This document shows, piece after piece, positions 1 to 14,792 of a stretch of DNA of 34,573 bases. The number at the start of each line of letters is the position of its first letter. Within the stretch, counting starts at the first letter, position 1. Origin of the DNA: Hyphochytrium catenoides (Eukaryota; Protista; Hyphochytriomycota); assembly GCA_900088475.1 (NCBI GenBank), contig FLMG01001439.1:1-34573 (forward strand). The letters run 5' to 3'. The notes beneath the pieces were generated by a model. It was not told the DNA's origin. It ran no database searches and saw nothing but the letters and a program-made list of their open reading frames with translations. The position numbers and the translations under genes were made by a program.

Positions 1-350
1 TATTGACCGACAAGGCTAATACGTAAAAGCCCTTTATTTTGTTCGAACCCCATATCTCATCCTGAGGTTTCCATAACTATAGCGCGGATCGTTTTGCCAA
101 GGACCGTTGTTGAGCGGTTTTAAAGGGCTCTTTCACACGGAAAGAGTTACCCCAGTAGTAGTCTCCAGTTATTTGTCATTTAGTTATCATTCGTTTGGGC
201 CATCCTCCTGTCCTCCTGCTTGTAAATATAAGAGTAGTGCAACGTTATGACAGTGAATGAAGGGCCTTCTTATCTGTACAACAGTTACGACTGTACGACG
301 AGAGCTGTGGCGTCTCTGTGCATATCCTCCACCAGCAGCAGACAATAATG

Positions 351-369
351 CGATGATGATGATGATGAT
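351..369. repeat. (GAT)n microsatellite
   Basis: gatgatgatgatgatgat directly upstream of the tandem duplication. Confidence 0.9.
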
Positions 370-378
370 TCTTACCTT

Positions 379-665
379 CTTCTAACTCATCTAGCGTGTC
401 CCTCTACTAGAAAAAGAATACTCCTGGCAGCCGAAGCGGTGAACGACCAGATGCCGAGCCTTGCGTAGTACTTATTATGAGGAGGAGGACTAGTATGAGT
501 CTGCCTAGACGACAGACAGAGTACCTTCTAACTCATCTAGCGTGTCCCTCTACTAGAAGAAGAATACTCCTGGCAGCCGAAGAGGTGAACGACCACATGC
601 CGAGCCCTGCGTAGTACTTATTATGAGGAGGACTAGTAGTATCGGTCTGCCTGCTGGACACAGAT
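379..665. repeat. Direct tandem duplication, period 146 bp (two near-identical copies)
   Basis: 'cttctaactcatctagcgtgtccctctactagaa.aagaatactcctggcagccgaag.ggtgaacgacca.atgccgagcc.tgcgtagtacttattatgaggagga' starts at both 379 and 525, with a few substitutions and small indels. Confidence 0.95.
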
Positions 666-2372
666 AGTGGTCTCTATAAAGAAGGGCCAGCCAGGGAGGA
701 CTAGCTAACTTTGAAGGATAATAGATGATAATAACCTCCAAGAAGAAGGTTATCTTGACGTTACTTCTTCTGCCTGTTGGTCCAACTAATAAAAGGATGG
801 AAAGGGAGGAGCTGCAGCAGGCCTCATCACCAGGTATTTATTGCACAATAATTACTCCTCCTGATCAAGTCAAATGCTACGAATATATTGTTGTTTGGTG
901 TTGCTTGGCTGTTGTCAAGAAGTGGGCGACCTAGTAGGAGCAGCAAGCGGACAACAGCAAGATAGAGAAGATTCCTCGTCGCAGAAGCAGTAAACTAAAG
1001 CAAGGACTGGCAACGTTCAAGTATGTGGTAAGGGCTCCGTCTATCCGGTTGTGGCTATTCCTCCTTTTTTACGCTAGTTGCCTAATGTTGACGACTTATT
1101 TATCGACTGCCCTACTATGATAGTAAACAATCTTCCGGTAGTCACCCATAATAGATAATCATGGTCGTACGGTTACTCTCTCCCTACTGTTATAATGTCG
1201 TCCTTGACACGCAGCAATGCTCCGCTGTCTTCTTGATGCTTGGCTGGTACGGTGGTGAGAGAGCTCTTTGCCTTCTTCTCTTTGTATTCGAGCTCCTTCA
1301 TCCTCCTCGTCGGCGGCCTACCTCCGAATCTCTTCTTCTTCGTCCGTTCTGTATGGCAGCAGAAGCCTCCAGCTAGTACCAGCAGCAGCGACAGCGCCAA
1401 CGCCGCTATGATGACGACGCTCTCACCCTTTCTCCCAGAAGGATTGCTTTTTTGCCTGCCGCGGCGGCGATTCACAGCTGGTTAAGTCATGGAGGAGGGA
1501 GCAAAAACAACAAGTAGACAAAGTGATGATGATGGTGGTGGTGCTTAGGGCGGGGAAGGATGAGCTGAATGAAGAAGAAGCTGGACGGTAAAGGAGAAGA
1601 AGAAGTTGGTAGTGCTGGTGCTAGTGAGATGCCACGCCACGAGCATATACTATCCCGCGGCAAGGCGCTGCGGCGGGCCGAGGAGCGAACAGTTATTGTC
1701 AGGAGATTAATCAGAAGAAGAGAACAAACCGAACCTAGCGAGATCTTCCTCTACTACAGGGATCATTAGCAACAAACGATGGAACGATATCCTCCACCAC
1801 GCCCGCCGTTGCCGCCGCCCAGCAGCAGCATCGCATTAAGGAGGAGAGAAATCCTGTTGCTACCATCATCGTCCTTCTCGCTTGGTTTTTGTTGTGCACG
1901 CAAATACGAAGAAATAACAGCAAGAAGCAAGCAAGGAAAGAAGAACGGTCAAAAAAGAAAGGCGAGAAGAAGACATCAGTAGGATGATGAAGATAATAGT
2001 AGCAACAAAGTATCATCATTATGAGACAGCAGCAGCGAGCGCCGCTGCCGTGCCGCTGCCGCGCAGCAACAGCAGAAGATAGTAGTAGATAGATAATAAT
2101 AACAAGATGAGGAGGGTCCATGCTCGTTCATCATTATCTATACACATCATCATCATTCCACAGCCTTAGAATCAAGTCATCTCTTCATCTAAAGCTCTAT
2201 CATTCATCAGCAGGGCAGCAGCACGCCTTCGCTCTACGAGACTATCTTCTTCATCATCTTTGGCTGTCGTCGTCGTCTTCGCCTTCGTCTTCTTCTACCT
2301 CCGGCCGCTCTGTCTTCCTCCTCCGATCCCGCCACACATCAGCATTAGAGTAAAGGGCAAGAAAAGAGCCAT

Positions 2373-3430
2373 CTATCTCTTGGCCAGATGCTTGATGACG
2401 CGCAAGCACGTTCTTTGGCAGGAGTCCCCAGACATATTTAGGCGTTGTATTTTGTAATATGCTATGTAAATGTTCAGATTAGCCCCAGATTCTAGGCAAA
2501 GCATGGATATCATTCCGAATATAGTGAAAGCTCCCTCCATGTTGGAGCATCTCATCAAAAGTGTGCCCTCAACGAAAAGCAGGGGAAACGTCGAAATCCG
2601 GTCTAAGATAGGCGCATCTTCGATGTGCAACTGGTAGGTTTTGGCTGCATCTTTCGAATAGCGATTGTGGGGGAGTTCTGTCTGTGGTTGTGGTGGTATC
2701 ACAAGGCATTCAAGGAACTGTCCCTTAACTTTTTCCTAAAACGCCATTTTGACCGTACCGGCTATCTCAGAGGAGGGCATTGCACTATGGCGGTTGGTTC
2801 TGTTGAGGAGAATCCAGGAGCTCACGGGGTAACGTTAACCAAACGAGACAGAGCGTAGGAGAGATACGGTTCTATTAGATGTGGTTAAAGGGAAGAACGG
2901 CCCTGTTCTGAAGCGAGAAAGAGATGCTGAGAGATAGACCACTGTGAAATGGAAAGAGAAACAGCCAAGCGAGACAGAGGCAAAAGACAGAAAGCGGAGA
3001 GGTACAGATAGAGAGACACAGCGAGAGAGAGAGATCATGGAACAGCAAAAAGAACAGAAGAGAGAGAAAGAGAGAGCGAGGAGAGAAAGAGAGAGAGAAA
3101 GAGGAGAAAGAGAAGAGAGAGAGGACGTGAGGGGAAAAAAGCGGGAGGAAAGAGAGAAAGAGAGAGGAGGACAGAAAGCTGAAAACGTATGTGGGTCTTC
3201 TTGCGAGACCGATGACAAATAATGAAAGAGATACCACAAACGATTAGACAGAGTGGACCGAGAGATGTGAAGCTGGTATTATAATTGCTAGAGGTTGAAG
3301 GAGGTGGACACAGAGTCAGAGGGAGTGCAGAGAGATTTTGTGGGCGAGACAGAGCGATGTTGGAGGAGCGGTTGAAGGCCCTTATGTACAAGGAGGCGGT
3401 GGCCGTTTACTTTCTTCGCATTCGCAGGCC

Positions 3431-3488
<58 letters not shown>

Positions 3489-4100
3489 GAGAGAGAGAGA
3501 GAGTGGGAGAAAGAAAGTAACGATAAAACATAGATAGCATAGGAGAGGAGACCAATTCTTCTACACGGATCCTGCCAGGAGAGAAAAGAGAGAGAGAGAG
3601 AAAAGAGACCAAAAGAGAAAGAGAAGACGTGGAGAAGAGGAGGCAGGTGGCACTATTGCGTGTCCACATCGTGGCCGCTGGATCCCTCTCATCAACATCA
3701 TCAACAACAGAGAGAGAGAGATGGGTTGCACTGGCTTTACACTGTGGAAGAGACGAAGAGGCAGAGCAAGTCAGGGTGATCGAGAGGTTGCAGCTGGCGC
3801 TTATTAGCACCACGATAAAGGACAAGAGGGAGACAGAGAGAGAGAGAGAGAAGGAGAGAGAGAAGAGACGAGAGACGAGAGACAAAAGCAGAAATAGATC
3901 AGAAAAGCGGCAGGTTTCGGGAGGGGCAGAAGCCTTCGTTGTGTCGCTTCAGACAAAAGCTTGACAGCTTTAAAGCCCATCTTCCTCTTCTGAACAAAGA
4001 GAAAGGAGAACGACAAGAATCTTCTGCTTTATCTACCATGCAGACAGAGGAGATGAGCCTGGGCACTAAGCATTAAGAACTAACTGCCAGGAGAGAGAGA
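2373..4100 (-). CDS. Possible multi-exon gene or pseudogene, product unknown; structure unresolved
   Basis: A non-repetitive ~120-codon minus-strand frame (2735->2373, EKVKGQFLECLVIPPQPQ...KHLAKR*) follows a 'ttttag' acceptor. Upstream, CT-rich tracts on the minus strand alternate with unique segments, as in neighbouring minus-strand genes. No consistent full model or recognisable domain could be built. Confidence 0.3.
3433..3502. repeat. (GA)n microsatellite
   Basis: Long, nearly pure GA run. The many similar tracts include 14335-14390, 20203-20242, 21400-21565 (CT) and 33620-33650. Confidence 0.95.
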
Positions 4101-4270
4101 GAGCTTGAGCTGCGTGGTAAGACTGAAGAGTCCACTTGAAGACGCGCATCAGCTTCCGCTTCCACGCGCAGTGCATCTCAATCAGAAGACTATCGGCTGT
4201 TCTCTCTCCTTTTTCTCTCTCTCGTGGGCGCGCCTTCGCTGTAAGGCACCGGTTCCTCCTCTTCTGAACT

Positions 4271-8075
<3,805 letters not shown>

Positions 8076-8556
8076 AAAGGCAGCTACTTCTGTGTTCCCA
8101 ATTTTTCAAATCTTCTTGCTCCTTCCTTCTTGTTTGATGGTGCGTTGGATGCACTATCCGCGGACTTGAGGCCATCCGCACAAAATTTTGTGTCCTACAA
8201 TCTCACTGCTTGTGACAGCAGTGGGCTTTCTTGCTATTCTTAAAACTACTTCAAACACGCTCACAAATAAAGATGGGCGCCACGATAAAGTGCCAGTTAA
8301 ACCATCAACTAGCAAGCGGTGGGTTTCGTTCTCAGAGGGAAGCTCTGTGTGCAATCGTATGGGAGGCTCCACACCTCTAACGTTGTTGGGCCCTCCATTC
8401 ACAGCTTATTTGAAGAACTTCATCTTCAGGTTTGTAAATCACCTCCTATGGAAAGAATAGCCCTACTTAGCTTTGGTCAACCATCTGTGACGAGACCAAC
8501 AGACTGCGCTTACCGCTGTCTCTCCTGGAGCCAGCTCCTGAGAGAAATTATCGGGC

Positions 8557-11500
8557 TTAATATTTGTGATTACCTGATGAAGAATAATGTCGATATCACG
8601 TCAAGGTTCCATCTGTGGGGCCTATGTCTATAAGCGATAACAAAACGATATTTTTACCTCCGGCATTTGTGACAAGTTGCAGGACCGCCTGCGAGGCTCC
8701 AAGGGTAGAGCAATAAACTCCTCCCGGCTCTTTGAAGGCTTCTCCAAAGTTGGGAAGAGCCGCTGAAAGGTCATTCTACGTAACGAATATTAGACGTGTG
8801 TGCCATTCAACCGAACCTCAATGAAAGACTATGCGGGATCAAAGCCAAACACTACCGCCGATCGTGGAGCTGCACTCTGATAAGTAAATATGGATACGAA
8901 AGGTTGCAGCACTTTACGCGCCTTACCTCCTTATCCCTTCTAAATGTAAAGTCATCTTTTTCCATGATGAGAACTCCTGCTCCGAGCTCTTGCTCGCCAT
9001 CGAGGTGAACATCTTCTGGATTTTTCTCTTGGTCGTTTGAGCATCGCGATCTAGTGAAGAAGCAAGGCAGAGATATGCAGATCAGCTAGACTGGGGAGGA
9101 GTCTTAGCAAACCTGCAATATGATGCAATCTCACCGGCATTATTGGAGTCTGCAATGAAGCGCTGAAGGGGGTAAGTAGAATCCACCAAGCTTTCTTGGT
9201 CCTTGAAGAGCTTGGCATGTTGTGCCTCCAGCGCGACGATGCGTGCCCTTTGTTCATCCTGACTGACGGAGGGGGCTAAGCCACTCTCTGCGTCATGGCG
9301 GGAAAGCACTAAATAAGAATTTGGACCAGTACAAGACTCGAACCGGAATGTCAGCAGGTAACTCTTAGAGGCCAATCAGGACGGCTTTGAAGAGCTACAC
9401 GAAGCTAGTGGCCCTTGAGACTCTAGAAGGAGGGGTTCTCACCTAGTTTCTTCGAAGCGGCCAAGGTCTCCTTTTGCATAGCGATGAGGGCTTCCATCTT
9501 GGCCTTCTTCTCCTTGATCTCCTGCTGTCTGGCTTCCTTATCTTCTTGTGCCCGCTGTACCCAGGTGACACAATGCAACGAACGTCGGCAAGCTGTCAAA
9601 GGAGCAGCAGAGATAAAGCATGTGAACCGCATTCCACAACCTGCAGCTTAGCTTTAAGCTCTTGATTCTTGCTTACAAGGGCATTGAGTTCGCCCTCTAG
9701 CTGATTTAGCTCCCTAACCACCACAAGCGCAATCATAGAAGGGCACTTAGTTGATCTCCCATATGATAAAATGTTATGGCGTGGAAGGACCAACCTCTTT
9801 TTCTCTTCAAGCTGTTTCTTAGCCTTGTTCACCTCTGCTAAACCTTGCCTAGGTGGGAGAAAAATGACTAAGAGGCTAGATGCAGTAACTCTCGGGGAGG
9901 AGGCTGCCAAGGAAATCAACGGCCCTGCTACCCAGCACATTGGAAGCGTTTTGCTGAGATATCCAGAGGGGATTAGCAAAGAGACGGAATAGCTAAGTGA
10001 AATGCAGCCCAATGGAGGAAAGCTGACATCAGAATAAGACTTTTAGATCTCTAGTACCTTTTGGCTAGAGCTAAAGCGTTCTCGGCATCTCGATATTCCT
10101 TCAGGGTCTCTGTTATCAGCTGGGCCACCTCCACCGGTCGCTTCACTACCTGCTCACAACGTCAGTGAAGTGGGCAGGATCTCAGCCAATCCGGATAAAC
10201 ACTCAGACGTGGAAAGGCTCTGTCCTCTATGCGCCCGTGCAGAAAGCAAAGAGTTGGGCCCATTCCAGAGCCTAGACATTCTAGAGGCCATAAAGGCTAA
10301 AAGGTACAGAAACAGCTTACCAGCTTTCTCTCGACTGTAATGGCCAGCTCTCCTTCTGGTATATCAGCGAAAATGTCACAGATTTCATCAAAGGTCTTTC
10401 CTTCAACACTTTCCAGGTTAACCTGCTTTAGCACATCTCCCGGCTTTAGAACCACGGGCCCTACGGGCACAAAATCCTCCCTGACTTCACTAATAACCAC
10501 TCTAGATTTGCCATTACTGTCCTGATGTTCAATCTGCAGGTGGGCGCCAGAACTGTTCTTCATCAGTGCTTGGCGGATGGTCTGAATGTAGGATTTAGTT
10601 CTCCAAACAGAAGGTGGTCGGCGACTGTTAGAAGTAACGGAGCTTATTGTCTCTTGTCCAGTTTGCTCTGAGTCGTTGTTCTCTTCGACGAGATCCTCTT
10701 GGTCGTTATCTTGGTTCTCTTGAAAGGCAGAGTCCTCCCCAGGTGGGTCGGAATCGGAAGCAGAGGCCGGTTTGTGTCTCTTGCCAGGTTGTTGTTCGAA
10801 GCAAGGGCTCGGTGGTCTCTTTTCGAGAGAAGACACAGCCTTCTCACCTTCTCCAGGTTGCTTCTCCGTCTGAAAACAGTTTAAGCAATGGTGTCACCTC
10901 AAGGAAAATGTCCGGAACACCGGTCCCAGGAGGGCAACGAAGGAGAATTTCGAAGCGACCCACTTGATCATCAAGCCAAGAACCTCTTCTTCCTTCTCTT
11001 ACTCTAACAGAGGTCGTCTCGGCTATAACTTCTTTTTTTCTCTCTAATCCTGGCTGCTTCTTAGACCCTGACCACAAGAGCTATTCCCTCTTTTCAAGTC
11101 ATCTCCCTCTTTTGGCACTTTAATCTACACTCTATTGATAGACGCATCTCCGAAACACCCTAGCATTCCACTTCAACTTAGGGCACCGCCTCTACAGCAG
11201 CCCTTACCTCTGCAAGTATTTCATTTTCAAGGGCGTCCAGTTCAACCTGAATCAGCTTCTTGATCTCCGCTTTCCTGCTATCCAATGCTGCGTGTCCTAA
11301 TTTCAGTGCTTTCTAGAAGGGAGAGGAATCATAAAAAAATAGTGGAATCAGTAAAACGTAGTTCAATCTTGATAAGAGAGAAAAGTTAGAGCGGCCTAGG
11401 AAACATAGCATAGGAAGAATGAGGCTAGTTCGCCAAAGAGAGGAGGGTAAGCAGGTGAGCTATAAACTCTCTCGGCAAGAGAAGGACTTCAGTGAAGAGA

Positions 11501-12445
11501 CTTCAGCCATGGTAAAGGCATTTCAGGGCCGAACCTCCACGTAACGTCGAATCTCCTTGGTAGAAACCTCCTCATTCGTGGGGTTTCGCAGAAACGTCCG
11601 TATGGCTTCCCGGATTTTTTTCTCTGATTGTTCTTTCGAGTCCCGTACTCCTTCTGCCATGCACTCAGCTTTTTCCATTATCCTACTTGAGGCTGCTGGG
11701 GACTTGGACCCCAAGTTAGCCAGTGAAGATGTCCCACTCGGGTACTCACTTCGCGACGCGACACCGGAGGCCTCCGCACTGAGATGCCTCGTGGTTGGAG
11801 AAGCTGCAAGCCTATCTGCTCCGCTACCGGCATGACCTTTGTAATCTCCTGCCTCAACAGACATACTGGAGCTATCAGTAACCGAAGAGCCACCGCTGTC
11901 CAATACTCCATCCTTTGTAGGCGGATCGACTTGCGCGGGCTCCTCTGGCGGCATGTTGACCTCCTGCGAGTTTTCTTTTTCCTTCAAGTTTGCAGTTGCA
12001 GGAGCTGCGTGTCCGAGTCCGCTTTTGTTTTTCGCCTTGGTATGAGCCTCCGCAATGCTGCCTGACTGGACTACATGGGCTTCCGCGTCTCCATTCAATT
12101 CTTCCTGAACTTGCCTACAGATTGTGAGAATAATGGCCTTGACGGGGTCCAATGATTTTAGAGGGAGGTTCATGTTTGCCTTGATAGAGACGTGGAACGT
12201 GAGAGACGCTAGCATGTGAATTTATCCGTAAACAGGTGGTCCGCACTAACCTCCATCATCCGCCGGATTTTGGTTGTCGAGATCTCGTTACTTGTCAATG
12301 ACTGGAAGACCTTCTCCACTTCCCGCCGCAAGACTGCATCGTCTGCCGCTGTTCCGGCTAGGAAAGTATGACAGGATGTTAGCTCTAACATATTCGACAG
12401 AGTAAGTCCTTCAGCTTCAAGAGGGAACTTACTGGGTACCCACAT
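8557..12445 (-). CDS. Multi-exon protein with two DEK-C-like domains, a PDZ-like domain and a C-terminal coiled coil
   Basis: DEK-C-like 1: DDAVLRREVEKVFQSLTSNEISTTKIRRMME|ANMNLPLKSLDPVKAIILTICRQV. DEK-C-like 2: SEKKIREAIRTFLRNPTNEEVSTKEIRRYVE|KALKLGHAALDSRKAEIKKLIQVEL. PDZ-like segment in exon 10869-10321: VVISEV...LKPGDVLKQVNLESVEGKTFDEICDIF...LAITVERK. Coiled-coil exons lie at ~10150-9190. The start codon and the last 2-3 exons are uncertain. Confidence 0.7.
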
Positions 12446-12740
12446 CCTTCTTATGCGTCTTAGTAGATGCTTTTCTGCCTAGTTCAGCCAAAATCTGCTG
12501 CCGGTCTTCAAAAACCGTGGATATATCGCTGCGGCCACACTGAGAGCTTAGCTATGACGAAACGAATCGGCGGCTGGGTGCCTTCTATAAACTATAAACT
12601 ATAGAGCAAAAGGACTAATGAGAGGATAGCACCAGTACCAATAATAAGGGCCCCACAAACTCTCCTTGAGGTTATTGTCCTGCCAGAAAAGAGTTCTGAT
12701 TTACGAAAAGAGTTCAGACTTCAGACGCAATTTCGATCTC

Positions 12741-12748
12741 GCGCCAAA
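12741..12748 (-). promoter_or_regulatory. E2F-consensus site (TTTGGCGC) ~300 bp upstream of the DEK-C gene
   Basis: The plus strand reads gcgccaaa, i.e. TTTGGCGC, matching TTTSSCGC. Function is not demonstrated. Confidence 0.3.
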
Positions 12749-13031
12749 ATTTATCAAGTTTTAGAAAACATCCATTTTGCAATCATTTGTAATTCCTTCA
12801 AGTACCAGCCCAACGATTGTATAGCGAACTACTTGAAAGATAGCAATAATGTTATTTATGACTTGTCGTTCTTATAACTTGTGAATAACTAGTTCCTACT
12901 TACAAAAGGCATAATTAAGTACTTGTACTTCCAATCACACTGTACTAACAAAGGCACTCGAAGCTGTTTGAAGCTGAACTCGGGCTGTCATCATCAGCAA
13001 ACCTCTCGGTTACTCTCTTTCTATAGAAATG

Positions 13032-13051
13032 TTAGGGTTAGGGCTAGGGTT
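13032..13051 (+). repeat. Short interstitial telomere-like repeat (TTAGGG)x3, one copy degenerate
   Basis: ttagggttagggctagggtt. Confidence 0.6.
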
Positions 13052-14334
13052 CACCTCGCTGCTCGCTCTGCTCTTTCTTTATCTTCTGGCCGGATCAAGT
13101 GAATGGAGACGGAGTAATGTTAGAGTAAAAGAAAGAGGTTTTTGATCACCGGCCGATTAAGAAGGCACTGAGAAAAGTGCAGGTGGGGAACCTAGATATG
13201 ATCTATCATAGGGACCATCTTCTGCTCTTGTACATCGCCAAGAGCTGTCTAATCAAGTGATAAGTCAAATAGTGCACGCACATCGCGTTCCACAGCAAAT
13301 GTAAGATCTGCGCTACTCCTATTTCTACAAAAAATCGCACCCTTCAAGACGTGCACCCGCGGCTGAGCCACCATCATAGGACTTTCACACTGGAAAAGGG
13401 GGACGAAGGATCTGGCGGGCAGATATTTACTGCACGTTTGGTTCTCGAAGAATCGCAGCCGCCATCATATTTGGAAAGATACATGCATAATAACGAAGAA
13501 GGACATTGTTGAGCAAGGGAAGGCTGGGTGGATCGAGGAATAGCTTCAGAGCGGGTGACTAAAGAAATTGCTTTATCCAGAACGGCAAAGACACCACCAA
13601 AGTAGAAGGAGAAAGGATCATGGCTGGGCCCACAAGAGCAGCGGTAACGAGCATCCAAAGTCGCGGAGAAGACAGAACGCGATTGTTGGTTACATTGTCC
13701 CTTCCTAATAACTTCATATTCTCTCTAATATAATAACCAATAAGAAGGAATAAAGCAAGAAGACGACGAAGCGGAGGAAGAAGAAGGGAAAGATAGAAGA
13801 AGGAGAAGAAAGAAGGAAAAATGAAGAGACAAGAGCTAAGAAGTCTGTGGACTGTTCAATAGCTGTCATCTGGGAAGATCTCTTTCTCTTTCTCTTCTTC
13901 CCTCATCATCATCAACAACTGGCAGCAATGAAACAAATGAAAGCTTCCTGGACAGTGACGTCTTCACCAATTCCCCTGCTTTTAGCTGTGGAAAGAATAG
14001 GAAACGTATATTGCCTCGCCTGAATCTTTCCCTGAGGGCTACATTCGGTACCTTATTTTTGGGTTCGATCGCATACCGCTTCCATATTATTATGAGCCAA
14101 TGTTAGGGATCATCACAGTTAATGTCCTGCCCCAGTAATACAGTTTGGTTACCGCTGATAACGGTGATCACAGAAATGCATGGAAACGTACAAAAAAGTC
14201 GGCGGAGGAGCAGCGGTCGGCGCCGCGCGCGGAAGCTGGAGATCATTATGAAGCGATCTTCAGGCCAGGAGCCAGGATCAGCGTGGAGACGGGAAGAGAG
14301 AGAAACAGAGACAGCCAGGCAAGAAAAGAGAGAG

Positions 14335-14368
<34 letters not shown>

Positions 14369-14792
14369 AGAAGGAGAGAGAGAGAAGAGAGGGCACAAGA
14401 TAGTGTGGAAAAAGGGATTGCGTCTGTGCCTCTCGCTCGTTTGGAGGGGCCTGAGCGTGCTTCTGCCTGGTCTATATCGGGATATATTATTGGTGGACAA
14501 AGAATTTAGCACGTTCACAAGGAGAGAGCAACGGCTGGGCTAACGAGGGACAGGAAAACAACCCACTTAAAAGTGTGGTGGCTGGGAATACCTCAGGTGG
14601 CGGCAGCTTCATCAAAACAGCAGTCTCGCGTGCCCCTATCAAGAGAAGAGAGACTTGAAGGGGACAAGCGGCAGATTGACGACAAACGGCATAGAGAGAG
14701 GAGAGACAGTGAGAAGCAGACACCCTCAAAGAGATACTGCTACTACCGCACCTACCCAAGCTACAACGCCTTACTGCATAGATTACGGAAGC

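Noticed and set aside
140-170. YYWGN as a DNMT3-like (RYFWGN) methyltransferase motif
   Set aside because: The preceding conserved Arg residues and all other methyltransferase motifs are missing, so the family cannot be supported.
417-470. 'atactcctggcag' resembling the U1 snRNA 5' end
   Set aside because: The ACUUAC splice-pairing sequence, the U1-70K/U1A loops and an Sm site are all absent.
379-665. Repeat as a CRISPR array
   Set aside because: There are only two long adjacent copies with no unique spacers, the context is eukaryotic, and there are no cas genes.
2787-2825. 'GSVEENPGA' resembling a 2A ribosome-skipping peptide
   Set aside because: It lacks the required Asp and terminal Pro of D(V/I)ExNPG|P, and the frame is not a supported CDS.
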